Source: the human T2T-CHM13v2.0 reference genome, Homo sapiens
DNA: 64,000 nt
Direction: 5' to 3' (one strand)
NCBI RefSeq assembly: GCF_009914755.1
Contig: NC_060939.1
Shown: positions 36,001 to 51,000 of the stretch, piece by piece
How positions within the stretch are numbered: the first letter of the stretch is position 1
Layout: the number at the start of each line of letters is the position of its first letter
Position numbers and translations under genes: made by a program
Notes under the pieces: generated by a model
What the model was told of the DNA's origin: nothing
Databases searched by the model: none
What the model saw: only the letters and a program-made list of their open reading frames with translations

Positions 36001-39000
36001 CAAACAAGTTTCTGAGAATGCTTCTGTCTAGTTTTTATGGGAAGATATTTCCTTTTTCACCGTAGGCCTCAAAGCGCTCCAAATGTCCACTTCCACATAC
36101 TACAAAAAGAGTGTTTCAAACCTGCTCTATGATAGGGAATGTTGAAACCTATGAGTTGAATGCAAGCATTACAAAGAGGTTTCTGAGAATGCTTCTGTCT
36201 AGATTTTATATGTAGATATTCCCGTTTCCAACGAAATCCTCAAAGCTATCCAAATATCAACTTGCAGATTCTACAAAAGGAACGTTTCCAAAATGCTGTA
36301 TCCAAACAAAGGTTCAACTCTGTGAATTGAGGGCATACATCACAAAGAAGATTCTGAGAATGCTTCTGTCTAGATTTTATATGAAAATATTCCCGTTTCC
36401 AACGAAATCCTCAAAGCTATCCAAATATCCACTTGCAAATGCCACAAAAAGAGTGTTTCCAAACTGCTCTGTGAAAAGGAAGGTTCAACTCTGTTAGTTG
36501 AGTACACACATCACAAAGAGGTTTCTGAGAATGCTGCTGACTAGTTTTTATTTGAAGATATTTCCCTTTTCACCTTAGGCCTAAGAGTGCTCGAAATGTC
36601 CATTTCCACATACTCCACAAAGTGTGTTTCAAACGTGCTGTATGAAAGGGAATGTTCAACTCTATGAGTTGAATGCAAACATCACAAAGAAGACTCTGAG
36701 AATGCTTTTGTCTAGATTTTATATGAAGATATTCCCGTGTCCAACGAAATTTTCAAAGGTCTCCAAATATCCATTTGTAGATTCTACAAAAAGAGTGTTT
36801 CCAAACTGCTGTATCAAAACAAAGGTTGAACTCTGTGAGTTGAGGACACACATCACAAATAAGTTTCTGAGAATGCTTCTGTCTAGTTTTTATTTGAAGA
36901 TGTTTCCTTTTTCACCATAGGCCTGAAAGCGCTCGAAATGTCCACTTCCAGATAGTACAGAAAGAGTGTTTCAAACCTGCTCTATGAACGGGAATGTTCA
37001 GCTCTGTGAGTTGAATGCAAACATCACAAAGCAGGTTCCGAGAATGCTTCCGTCTAGATTTTAAATGAGGATATTCCCGTTTCCAACGAAATCCTCGAAG
37101 CTATCCAAATATCCACTTGCAGATTCCACAAAAAGAGTGTTTCAAAACTGCTCTGTCAAAAGATAGGTTCAACTCTGTTAGTTGAGTACACACATGGCAA
37201 ACAAGATTGCGAGAATGCTTTCGTCTAGTTTTTTTGGGAAGATATTTCCTTCTTCACCATAGGCCTCAAAGCGCTCCAAATATCCATTTCCACATGCTAT
37301 ACAAAGAGTGTCTCAAACCTGCTGTATGAATGGGAATGTTCAACTCTATGAGTTGAATGCAAACATCACAAAGAAGTTTCTGAGAATGCTGCTGTCTAGA
37401 TTTTATATGAAGGTTTTCCCGCTTCCAACGAAATTTTCAATGCTCTCAAAATATCCTCTTGTAGATTCTACAAAAAGAGTGTTTCCAAACTGCTGTATCA
37501 AAACAAAGGTTCATCTCTGTTAGTTGAGGACACACATCACAAATAAGTTTCTGAGAATGCTTCTGTCTAGTTCTTATTTGAAGACATTTCCTTTCTCACC
37601 TTAGGCCTGAAAGCGCTCGAAATACCCACTTCCAGATACTACAGAAACAGTGATTCAAACCTGCTCTATGAAAGGGAATGTTCAACTAGGTGACTTGAAT
37701 GCAAACATCACAAAGCAGTTTCTGAGAATGCTGCTGTCTACTTTCTATTTGTAATCCCGTTTCCAACGAAATCCTCAGAACTATCGAAATTTCCAATTGC
37801 AGATTCCACAGAAACAGGGTTTCAAAGCTGCTCTGTAAAAAGAAAGGTTCAACTCTGTTAGTTGAATACACACGTCACAAACAAGTTTCTGAGAATGCTT
37901 CTGTCTAGTTTTTATGGGAAGATATTTCCTTTTTCACCGTAGGCCTCAAAGCGCTCCAAATGTCCACGTCCACATACTACAAAAAGAGTGTTTCAAACCT
38001 GCTGTATGAAAGGGAATGTTCAACTCTATGAGTTGAATGCAAACATTACAAAGAAGTTTCTGAGAATGCTTCTGTCTAGATTTTATATGAAGGTTTTCCC
38101 GTTTCCAACGAAATTTTCAATGCTCTCAAAATATCCACTTGTAGATTCTACAAAAAGAGTGTTTCCAAACTGCTGTGTCAAAAGAAAGGTTCAACTCTGT
38201 TAGTTGAGGACACACATCACAAATAAGTTTCTGAGAATGCTTCTGTCTAGTTCTTATTTGAAGACATTTCCTTTCTCACCTTAGGCCTGAAAACGCTCGA
38301 AATATCCACTTCCAGATACGACAGAAACAGTGATTCAAACCTGCTCTATGAAAGGGAATGTTCAACTAGGTGACTTGAATGCAAACATCACAAAGCAGTT
38401 TCTGAGAATGCTGCTGTCTACTTTCTATTTGTAATCCCGTTTCCAACGAAATCCTCAGAACTATCGAAATTTCCAATTGCAGATTCCACAAAAAGCGTGT
38501 TTCAAAGCTGCTCTGTAAAAAGAAAGGTTCAACTCTGTTAGTTGAATACACACGTCACAAACAAGTTTCTGAGAATGCTTCTGTCTAGTTTTTATGGGAA
38601 GATATTTCCTTTTTCACCGTAGGCCTCAAAGCGCTCCAAATGTCCACTTCCACATACTACAAAAAGAGTGTTTCAAACCTGCTCTATGATAGGGAATGTT
38701 GAAACCTATGAGTTGAATGCAAGCATTACAAAGAGGTTTCTGAGAATGCTTCTGTCTAGATTTTATATGTAGATATTCCCGTTTCCAACGAAATCCTCAA
38801 AGCTATCCAAATATCAACTTGCAGATTCTACAAAAGGAATGTTTCCAAAATGCTGTATCCAAACAAAGGTTCAACTCTGTGAATTGAGGGCATACATCAC
38901 AAAGAAGATTCTGAGAATGCTTCTGTCTAGATTTTATATGAAAATATTCCCGTTTCCAACGAAATCCTCAAAGCTATCCAAATATCCACTTGCAAATGCC

Positions 39001-42000
39001 ACAAAAAGAGTGTTTCCAAACTGCTCTGTGAAAAGGAAGGTTCAACTCTGTTAGTTGAGTACACACATCACAAAGAGGTTTCTGAGAATGCTGCTGACTA
39101 GTTTTTATTTGAAGATATTTCCCTTTTCACCTTAGGCCTAAGAGTGCTCGAAATGTCCATTTCCACATACTCCACAAAGTGTGTTTCAAACGTGCTGTAT
39201 GAAAGGGAATGTTCAACTCTATGAGTTGAATGCAAACATCACAAAGAAGACTCTGAGAATGCTTTTGTCTAGATTTTATATGAAGATATTCCCGTGTCCA
39301 ACGAAATTTTCAAAGGTCTCCAAATATCCATTTGTAGATTCTACAAAAAGAGTGTTTCCAAACTGCTGTATCAAAACAAAGGTTGAACTCTGTGAGTTGA
39401 GGACACACATCACAAATAAGTTTCTGAGAATGCTTCTGTCTAGTTTTTATTTGAAGATGTTTCCTTTTTCACCATAGGCCTGAAAGCGCTCGAAATGTCC
39501 ACTTCCAGATAGTACAGAAAGAGTGTTTCAAACCTGCTCTATGAACGGGAATGTTCAGCTCTGTGAGTTGAATGCAAACATCACAAAGCAGGTTCTGAGA
39601 ATGCTTCCGTCTAGATTTTAAATGAGGATATTCCCGTTTCCAACGAAATCCTCGAAGCTATCCAAATATCCACTTGCAGATTCCACAAAAAGAGTGTTTC
39701 AAAACTGCTCTGTCAAAAGATAGGTTCAACTCTGTTAGTTGAGTACACACATGGCAAACAAGATTGCGAGAATGCTTTCGTCTAGTTTTTTTGGGAAGAT
39801 ATTTCCTTCTTCACCATAGGCCTCAAAGCGCTCCAAATATCCATTTCCACATGCTATACAAAGAGTGTCTCAAACCTGCTGTATGAATGGGAATGTTCAA
39901 CTCTATGAGTTGAATGCAAACATCACAAAGAAGTTTCTGAGAATGCTGCTGTCTAGATTTTATATGAAGGTTTTCCCGCTTCCAACGAAATTTTCAATGC
40001 TCTCAAAATATCCTCTTGTAGATTCTACAAAAAGAGTGTTTCCAAACTGCTGTATCAAAACAAAGGTTCATCTCTGTTAGTTGAGGACACACATCACAAA
40101 TAAGTTTCTGAGAATGCTTCTGTCTAGTTCTTATTTGAAGACATTTCCTTTCTCACCTTAGGCCTGAAAGCGCTCGAAATACCCACTTCCAGATACTACA
40201 GAAACAGTGATTCAAACCTGCTCTATGAAAGGGAATGTTCAACTAGGTGACTTGAATGCAAACATCACAAAGCAGTTTCTGAGAATGCTGCTGTCTACTT
40301 TCTATTTGTAATCCCGTTTCCAACGAAATCCTCAGAACTATCGAAATTTCCAATTGCAGATTCCACAGAAACAGGGTTTCAAAGCTGCTCTGTAAAAAGA
40401 AAGGTTCAACTCTGTTAGTTGAATACACACGTCACAAACAAGTTTCTGAGAATGCTTCTGTCTAGTTTTTATGGGAAGATATTTCCTTTTTCACCGTAGG
40501 CCTCAAAGCGCTCCAAATGTCCACGTCCACATACTACAAAAAGAGTGTTTCAAACCTGCTGTATGAAAGGGAATGTTCAACTCTATGAGTTGAATGCAAA
40601 CATTACAAAGAAGTTTCTGAGAATGCTTCTGTCTAGATTTTATATGAAGGTTTTCCCGTTTCCAACGAAATTTTCAATGCTCTCAAAATATCCACTTGTA
40701 GATTCTACAAAAAGAGTGTTTCCAAACTGCTGTGTCAAAAGAAAGGTTCAACTCTGTTAGTTGAGGACACACATCACAAATAAGTTTCTGAGAATGCTTC
40801 TGTCTAGTTCTTATTTGAAGACATTTCCTTTCTCACCTTAGGCCTGAAAACGCTCGAAATATCCACTTCCAGATACGACAGAAACAGTGATTCAAACCTG
40901 CTCTATGAAAGGGAATGTTCAACTAGGTGACTTGAATGCAAACATCACAAAGCAGTTTCTGAGAATGCTGCTGTCTACTTTCTATTTGTAATCCCGTTTC
41001 CAACGAAATCCTCAGAACTATCGAAATTTCCAATTGCAGATTCCACAAAAAGCGTGTTTCAAAGCTGCTCTGTAAAAAGAAAGGTTCAACTCTGTTAGTT
41101 GAATACACACGTCACAAACAAGTTTCTGAGAATGCTTCTGTCTAGTTTTTATGGGAAGATATTTCCTTTTTCACCGTAGGCCTCAAAGCGCTCCAAATGT
41201 CCACTTCCACATACTACAAAAAGAGTGTTTCAAACCTGCTCTATGATAGGGAATGTTGAAACCTATGAGTTGAATGCAAGCATTACAAAGAGGTTTCTGA
41301 GAATGCTTCTGTCTAGATTTTATATGTAGATATTCCCGTTTCCAACGAAATCCTCAAAGCTATCCAAATATCAACTTGCAGATTCTACAAAAGGAATGTT
41401 TCCAAAATGCTGTATCCAAACAAAGGTTCAACTCTGTGAATTGAGGGCATACATCACAAAGAAGATTCTGAGAATGCTTCTGTCTAGATTTTATATGAAA
41501 ATATTCCCGTTTCCAACGAAATCCTCAAAGCTATCCAAATATCCACTTGCAAATGCCACAAAAAGAGTGTTTCCAAACTGCTCTGTGAAAAGGAAGGTTC
41601 AACTCTGTTAGTTGAGTACACACATCACAAAGAGGTTTCTGAGAATGCTGCTGACTAGTTTTTATTTGAAGATATTTCCCTTTTCACCTTAGGCCTAAGA
41701 GTGCTCGAAATGTCCATTTCCACATACTCCACAAAGTGTGTTTCAAACGTGCTGTATGAAAGGGAATGTTCAACTCTATGAGTTGAATGCAAACATCACA
41801 AAGAAGACTCTGAGAATGCTTTTGTCTAGATTTTATATGAAGATATTCCCGTGTCCAACGAAATTTTCAAAGGTCTCCAAATATCCATTTGTAGATTCTA
41901 CAAAAAGAGTGTTTCCAAACTGCTGTATCAAAACAAAGGTTGAACTCTGTGAGTTGAGGACACACATCACAAATAAGTTTCTGAGAATGCTTCTGTCTAG

Positions 42001-45000
42001 TTTTTATTTGAAGATGTTTCCTTTTTCACCATAGGCCTGAAAGCGCTCGAAATGTCCACTTCCAGATAGTACAGAAAGAGTGTTTCAAACCTGCTCTATG
42101 AACGGGAATGTTCAGCTCTGTGAGTTGAATGCAAACATCACAAAGCAGGTTCCGAGAATGCTTCCGTCTAGATTTTAAATGAGGATATTCCCGTTTCCAA
42201 CGAAATCCTCGAAGCTATCCAAATATCCACTTGCAGATTCCACAAAAAGAGTGTTTCAAAACTGCTCTGTCAAAAGATAGGTTCAACTCTGTTAGTTGAG
42301 TACACACATGGCAAACAAGATTGCGAGAATGCTTTCGTCTAGTTTTTTTGGGAAGATATTTCCTTCTTCACCATAGGCCTCAAAGCGCTCCAAATATCCA
42401 TTTCCACATGCTATACAAAGAGTGTCTCAAACCTGCTGTATGAATGGGAATGTTCAACTCTATGAGTTGAATGCAAACATCACAAAGAAGTTTCTGAGAA
42501 TGCTGCTGTCTAGATTTTATATGAAGGTTTTCCCGCTTCCAACGAAATTTTCAATGCTCTCAAAATATCCTCTTGTAGATTCTACAAAAAGAGTGTTTCC
42601 AAACTGCTGTATCAAAACAAAGGTTCATCTCTGTTAGTTGAGGACACACATCACAAATAAGTTTCTGAGAATGCTTCTGTCTAGTTCTTATTTGAAGACA
42701 TTTCCTTTCTCACCTTAGGCCTGAAAGCGCTCGAAATACCCACTTCCAGATACTACAGAAACAGTGATTCAAACCTGCTCTATGAAAGGGAATGTTCAAC
42801 TAGGTGACTTGAATGCAAACATCACAAAGCAGTTTCTGAGAATGCTGCTGTCTACTTTCTATTTGTAATCCCGTTTCCAACGAAATCCTCAGAACTATCG
42901 AAATTTCCAATTGCAGATTCCACAGAAACAGGGTTTCAAAGCTGCTCTGTAAAAAGAAAGGTTCAACTCTGTTAGTTGAATACACACGTCACAAACAAGT
43001 TTCTGAGAATGCTTCTGTCTAGTTTTTATGGGAAGATATTTCCTTTTTCACCGTAGGCCTCAAAGCGCTCCAAATGTCCACGTCCACATACTACAAAAAG
43101 AGTGTTTCAAACCTGCTGTATGAAAGGGAATGTTCAACTCTATGAGTTGAATGCAAACATTACAAAGAAGTTTCTGAGAATGCTTCTGTCTAGATTTTAT
43201 ATGAAGGTTTTCCCGTTTCCAACGAAATTTTCAATGCTCTCAAAATATCCACTTGTAGATTCTACAAAAAGAGTGTTTCCAAACTGCTGTGTCAAAAGAA
43301 AGGTTCAACTCTGTTAGTTGAGGACACACATCACAAATAAGTTTCTGAGAATGCTTCTGTCTAGTTCTTATTTGAAGACATTTCCTTTCTCACCTTAGGC
43401 CTGAAAACGCTCGAAATATCCACTTCCAGATACGACAGAAACAGTGATTCAAACCTGCTCTATGAAAGGGAATGTTCAACTAGGTGACTTGAATGCAAAC
43501 ATCACAAAGCAGTTTCTGAGAATGCTGCTGTCTACTTTCTATTTGTAATCCCGTTTCCAACGAAATCCTCAGAACTATCGAAATTTCCAATTGCAGATTC
43601 CACAAAAAGCGTGTTTCAAAGCTGCTCTGTAAAAAGAAAGGTTCAACTCTGTTAGTTGAATACACACGTCACAAACAAGTTTCTGAGAATGCTTCTGTCT
43701 AGTTTTTATGGGAAGATATTTCCTTTTTCACCGTAGGCCTCAAAGCGCTCCAAATGTCCACTTCCACATACTACAAAAAGAGTGTTTCAAACCTGCTCTA
43801 TGATAGGGAATGTTGAAACCTATGAGTTGAATGCAAGCATTACAAAGAGGTTTCTGAGAATGCTTCTGTCTAGATTTTATATGTAGATATTCCCGTTTCC
43901 AACGAAATCCTCAAAGCTATCCAAATATCAACTTGCAGATTCTACAAAAGGAATGTTTCCAAAATGCTGTATCCAAACAAAGGTTCAACTCTGTGAATTG
44001 AGGGCATACATCACAAAGAAGATTCTGAGAATGCTTCTGTCTAGATTTTATATGAAAATATTCCCGTTTCCAACGAAATCCTCAAAGCTATCCAAATATC
44101 CACTTGCAAATGCCACAAAAAGAGTGTTTCCAAACTGCTCTGTGAAAAGGAAGGTTCAACTCTGTTAGTTGAGTACACACATCACAAAGAGGTTTCTGAG
44201 AATGCTGCTGACTAGTTTTTATTTGAAGATATTTCCCTTTTCACCTTAGGCCTAAGAGTGCTCGAAATGTCCATTTCCACATACTCCACAAAGTGTGTTT
44301 CAAACGTGCTGTATGAAAGGGAATGTTCAACTCTATGAGTTGAATGCAAACATCACAAAGAAGACTCTGAGAATGCTTTTGTCTAGATTTTATATGAAGA
44401 TATTCCCGTGTCCAACGAAATTTTCAAAGGTCTCCAAATATCCATTTGTAGATTCTACAAAAAGAGTGTTTCCAAACTGCTGTATCAAAACAAAGGTTGA
44501 ACTCTGTGAGTTGAGGACACACATCACAAATAAGTTTCTGAGAATGCTTCTGTCTAGTTTTTATTTGAAGATGTTTCCTTTTTCACCATAGGCCTGAAAG
44601 CGCTCGAAATGTCCACTTCCAGATAGTACAGAAAGAGTGTTTCAAACCTGCTCTATGAACGGGAATGTTCAGCTCTGTGAGTTGAATGCAAACATCACAA
44701 AGCAGGTTCTGAGAATGCTTCCGTCTAGATTTTAAATGAGGATATTCCCGTTTCCAACGAAATCCTCGAAGCTATCCAAATATCCACTTGCAGATTCCAC
44801 AAAAAGAGTGTTTCAAAACTGCTCTGTCAAAAGATAGGTTCAACTCTGTTAGTTGAGTACACACATGGCAAACAAGATTGCGAGAATGCTTTCGTCTAGT
44901 TTTTTTGGGAAGATATTTCCTTCTTCACCATAGGCCTCAAAGCGCTCCAAATATCCATTTCCACATGCTATACAAAGAGTGTCTCAAACCTGCTGTATGA

Positions 45001-48000
45001 ATGGGAATGTTCAACTCTATGAGTTGAATGCAAACATCACAAAGAAGTTTCTGAGAATGCTGCTGTCTAGATTTTATATGAAGGTTTTCCCGCTTCCAAC
45101 GAAATTTTCAATGCTCTCAAAATATCCTCTTGTAGATTCTACAAAAAGAGTGTTTCCAAACTGCTGTATCAAAACAAAGGTTCATCTCTGTTAGTTGAGG
45201 ACACACATCACAAATAAGTTTCTGAGAATGCTTCTGTCTAGTTCTTATTTGAAGACATTTCCTTTCTCACCTTAGGCCTGAAAGCGCTCGAAATACCCAC
45301 TTCCAGATACTACAGAAACAGTGATTCAAACCTGCTCTATGAAAGGGAATGTTCAACTAGGTGACTTGAATGCAAACATCACAAAGCAGTTTCTGAGAAT
45401 GCTGCTGTCTACTTTCTATTTGTAATCCCGTTTCCAACGAAATCCTCAGAACTATCGAAATTTCCAATTGCAGATTCCACAGAAACAGGGTTTCAAAGCT
45501 GCTCTGTAAAAAGAAAGGTTCAACTCTGTTAGTTGAATACACACGTCACAAACAAGTTTCTGAGAATGCTTCTGTCTAGTTTTTATGGGAAGATATTTCC
45601 TTTTTCACCGTAGGCCTCAAAGCGCTCCAAATGTCCACGTCCACATACTACAAAAAGAGTGTTTCAAACCTGCTGTATGAAAGGGAATGTTCAACTCTAT
45701 GAGTTGAATGCAAACATTACAAAGAAGTTTCTGAGAATGCTTCTGTCTAGATTTTATATGAAGGTTTTCCCGTTTCCAACGAAATTTTCAATGCTCTCAA
45801 AATATCCACTTGTAGATTCTACAAAAAGAGTGTTTCCAAACTGCTGTGTCAAAAGAAAGGTTCAACTCTGTTAGTTGAGGACACACATCACAAATAAGTT
45901 TCTGAGAATGCTTCTGTCTAGTTCTTATTTGAAGACATTTCCTTTCTCACCTTAGGCCTGAAAACGCTCGAAATATCCACTTCCAGATACGACAGAAACA
46001 GTGATTCAAACCTGCTCTATGAAAGGGAATGTTCAACTAGGTGACTTGAATGCAAACATCACAAAGCAGTTTCTGAGAATGCTGCTGTCTACTTTCTATT
46101 TGTAATCCCGTTTCCAACGAAATCCTCAGAACTATCGAAATTTCCAATTGCAGATTCCACAAAAAGCGTGTTTCAAAGCTGCTCTGTAAAAAGAAAGGTT
46201 CAACTCTGTTAGTTGAATACACACGTCACAAACAAGTTTCTGAGAATGCTTCTGTCTAGTTTTTATGGGAAGATATTTCCTTTTTCACCGTAGGCCTCAA
46301 AGCGCTCCAAATGTCCACTTCCACATACTACAAAAAGAGTGTTTCAAACCTGCTCTATGATAGGGAATGTTGAAACCTATGAGTTGAATGCAAGCATTAC
46401 AAAGAGGTTTCTGAGAATGCTTCTGTCTAGATTTTATATGTAGATATTCCCGTTTCCAACGAAATCCTCAAAGCTATCCAAATATCAACTTGCAGATTCT
46501 ACAAAAGGAATGTTTCCAAAATGCTGTATCCAAACAAAGGTTCAACTCTGTGAATTGAGGGCATACATCACAAAGAAGATTCTGAGAATGCTTCTGTCTA
46601 GATTTTATATGAAAATATTCCCGTTTCCAACGAAATCCTCAAAGCTATCCAAATATCCACTTGCAAATGCCACAAAAAGAGTGTTTCCAAACTGCTCTGT
46701 GAAAAGGAAGGTTCAACTCTGTTAGTTGAGTACACACATCACAAAGAGGTTTCTGAGAATGCTGCTGACTAGTTTTTATTTGAAGATATTTCCCTTTTCA
46801 CCTTAGGCCTAAGAGTGCTCGAAATGTCCATTTCCACATACTCCACAAAGTGTGTTTCAAACGTGCTGTATGAAAGGGAATGTTCAACTCTATGAGTTGA
46901 ATGCAAACATCACAAAGAAGACTCTGAGAATGCTTTTGTCTAGATTTTATATGAAGATATTCCCGTGTCCAACGAAATTTTCAAAGGTCTCCAAATATCC
47001 ATTTGTAGATTCTACAAAAAGAGTGTTTCCAAACTGCTGTATCAAAACAAAGGTTGAACTCTGTGAGTTGAGGACACACATCACAAATAAGTTTCTGAGA
47101 ATGCTTCTGTCTAGTTTTTATTTGAAGATGTTTCCTTTTTCACCATAGGCCTGAAAGCGCTCGAAATGTCCACTTCCAGATAGTACAGAAAGAGTGTTTC
47201 AAACCTGCTCTATGAACGGGAATGTTCAGCTCTGTGAGTTGAATGCAAACATCACAAAGCAGGTTCCGAGAATGCTTCCGTCTAGATTTTAAATGAGGAT
47301 ATTCCCGTTTCCAACGAAATCCTCGAAGCTATCCAAATATCCACTTGCAGATTCCACAAAAAGAGTGTTTCAAAACTGCTCTGTCAAAAGATAGGTTCAA
47401 CTCTGTTAGTTGAGTACACACATGGCAAACAAGATTGCGAGAATGCTTTCGTCTAGTTTTTTTGGGAAGATATTTCCTTCTTCACCATAGGCCTCAAAGC
47501 GCTCCAAATATCCATTTCCACATGCTATACAAAGAGTGTCTCAAACCTGCTGTATGAATGGGAATGTTCAACTCTATGAGTTGAATGCAAACATCACAAA
47601 GAAGTTTCTGAGAATGCTGCTGTCTAGATTTTATATGAAGGTTTTCCCGCTTCCAACGAAATTTTCAATGCTCTCAAAATATCCTCTTGTAGATTCTACA
47701 AAAAGAGTGTTTCCAAACTGCTGTATCAAAACAAAGGTTCATCTCTGTTAGTTGAGGACACACATCACAAATAAGTTTCTGAGAATGCTTCTGTCTAGTT
47801 CTTATTTGAAGACATTTCCTTTCTCACCTTAGGCCTGAAAGCGCTCGAAATACCCACTTCCAGATACTACAGAAACAGTGATTCAAACCTGCTCTATGAA
47901 AGGGAATGTTCAACTAGGTGACTTGAATGCAAACATCACAAAGCAGTTTCTGAGAATGCTGCTGTCTACTTTCTATTTGTAATCCCGTTTCCAACGAAAT

Positions 48001-51000
48001 CCTCAGAACTATCGAAATTTCCAATTGCAGATTCCACAGAAACAGGGTTTCAAAGCTGCTCTGTAAAAAGAAAGGTTCAACTCTGTTAGTTGAATACACA
48101 CGTCACAAACAAGTTTCTGAGAATGCTTCTGTCTAGTTTTTATGGGAAGATATTTCCTTTTTCACCGTAGGCCTCAAAGCGCTCCAAATGTCCACGTCCA
48201 CATACTACAAAAAGAGTGTTTCAAACCTGCTGTATGAAAGGGAATGTTCAACTCTATGAGTTGAATGCAAACATTACAAAGAAGTTTCTGAGAATGCTTC
48301 TGTCTAGATTTTATATGAAGGTTTTCCCGTTTCCAACGAAATTTTCAATGCTCTCAAAATATCCACTTGTAGATTCTACAAAAAGAGTGTTTCCAAACTG
48401 CTGTGTCAAAAGAAAGGTTCAACTCTGTTAGTTGAGGACACACATCACAAATAAGTTTCTGAGAATGCTTCTGTCTAGTTCTTATTTGAAGACATTTCCT
48501 TTCTCACCTTAGGCCTGAAAACGCTCGAAATATCCACTTCCAGATACGACAGAAACAGTGATTCAAACCTGCTCTATGAAAGGGAATGTTCAACTAGGTG
48601 ACTTGAATGCAAACATCACAAAGCAGTTTCTGAGAATGCTGCTGTCTACTTTCTATTTGTAATCCCGTTTCCAACGAAATCCTCAGAACTATCGAAATTT
48701 CCAATTGCAGATTCCACAAAAAGCGTGTTTCAAAGCTGCTCTGTAAAAAGAAAGGTTCAACTCTGTTAGTTGAATACACACGTCACAAACAAGTTTCTGA
48801 GAATGCTTCTGTCTAGTTTTTATGGGAAGATATTTCCTTTTTCACCGTAGGCCTCAAAGCGCTCCAAATGTCCACTTCCACATACTACAAAAAGAGTGTT
48901 TCAAACCTGCTCTATGATAGGGAATGTTGAAACCTATGAGTTGAATGCAAGCATTACAAAGAGGTTTCTGAGAATGCTTCTGTCTAGATTTTATATGTAG
49001 ATATTCCCGTTTCCAACGAAATCCTCAAAGCTATCCAAATATCAACTTGCAGATTCTACAAAAGGAATGTTTCCAAAATGCTGTATCCAAACAAAGGTTC
49101 AACTCTGTGAATTGAGGGCATACATCACAAAGAAGATTCTGAGAATGCTTCTGTCTAGATTTTATATGAAAATATTCCCGTTTCCAACGAAATCCTCAAA
49201 GCTATCCAAATATCCACTTGCAAATGCCACAAAAAGAGTGTTTCCAAACTGCTCTGTGAAAAGGAAGGTTCAACTCTGTTAGTTGAGTACACACATCACA
49301 AAGAGGTTTCTGAGAATGCTGCTGACTAGTTTTTATTTGAAGATATTTCCCTTTTCACCTTAGGCCTAAGAGTGCTCGAAATGTCCATTTCCACATACTC
49401 CACAAAGTGTGTTTCAAACGTGCTGTATGAAAGGGAATGTTCAACTCTATGAGTTGAATGCAAACATCACAAAGAAGACTCTGAGAATGCTTTTGTCTAG
49501 ATTTTATATGAAGATATTCCCGTGTCCAACGAAATTTTCAAAGGTCTCCAAATATCCATTTGTAGATTCTACAAAAAGAGTGTTTCCAAACTGCTGTATC
49601 AAAACAAAGGTTGAACTCTGTGAGTTGAGGACACACATCACAAATAAGTTTCTGAGAATGCTTCTGTCTAGTTTTTATTTGAAGATGTTTCCTTTTTCAC
49701 CATAGGCCTGAAAGCGCTCGAAATGTCCACTTCCAGATAGTACAGAAAGAGTGTTTCAAACCTGCTCTATGAACGGGAATGTTCAGCTCTGTGAGTTGAA
49801 TGCAAACATCACAAAGCAGGTTCCGAGAATGCTTCCGTCTAGATTTTAAATGAGGATATTCCCGTTTCCAACGAAATCCTCGAAGCTATCCAAATATCCA
49901 CTTGCAGATTCCACAAAAAGAGTGTTTCAAAACTGCTCTGTCAAAAGATAGGTTCAACTCTGTTAGTTGAGTACACACATGGCAAACAAGATTGCGAGAA
50001 TGCTTTCGTCTAGTTTTTTTGGGAAGATATTTCCTTCTTCACCATAGGCCTCAAAGCGCTCCAAATATCCATTTCCACATGCTATACAAAGAGTGTCTCA
50101 AACCTGCTGTATGAATGGGAATGTTCAACTCTATGAGTTGAATGCAAACATCACAAAGAAGTTTCTGAGAATGCTGCTGTCTAGATTTTATATGAAGGTT
50201 TTCCCGCTTCCAACGAAATTTTCAATGCTCTCAAAATATCCTCTTGTAGATTCTACAAAAAGAGTGTTTCCAAACTGCTGTATCAAAACAAAGGTTCATC
50301 TCTGTTAGTTGAGGACACACATCACAAATAAGTTTCTGAGAATGCTTCTGTCTAGTTCTTATTTGAAGACATTTCCTTTCTCACCTTAGGCCTGAAAGCG
50401 CTCGAAATACCCACTTCCAGATACTACAGAAACAGTGATTCAAACCTGCTCTATGAAAGGGAATGTTCAACTAGGTGACTTGAATGCAAACATCACAAAG
50501 CAGTTTCTGAGAATGCTGCTGTCTACTTTCTATTTGTAATCCCGTTTCCAACGAAATCCTCAGAACTATCGAAATTTCCAATTGCAGATTCCACAGAAAC
50601 AGGGTTTCAAAGCTGCTCTGTAAAAAGAAAGGTTCAACTCTGTTAGTTGAATACACACGTCACAAACAAGTTTCTGAGAATGCTTCTGTCTAGTTTTTAT
50701 GGGAAGATATTTCCTTTTTCACCGTAGGCCTCAAAGCGCTCCAAATGTCCACGTCCACATACTACAAAAAGAGTGTTTCAAACCTGCTGTATGAAAGGGA
50801 ATGTTCAACTCTATGAGTTGAATGCAAACATTACAAAGAAGTTTCTGAGAATGCTTCTGTCTAGATTTTATATGAAGGTTTTCCCGTTTCCAACGAAATT
50901 TTCAATGCTCTCAAAATATCCACTTGTAGATTCTACAAAAAGAGTGTTTCCAAACTGCTGTGTCAAAAGAAAGGTTCAACTCTGTTAGTTGAGGACACAC

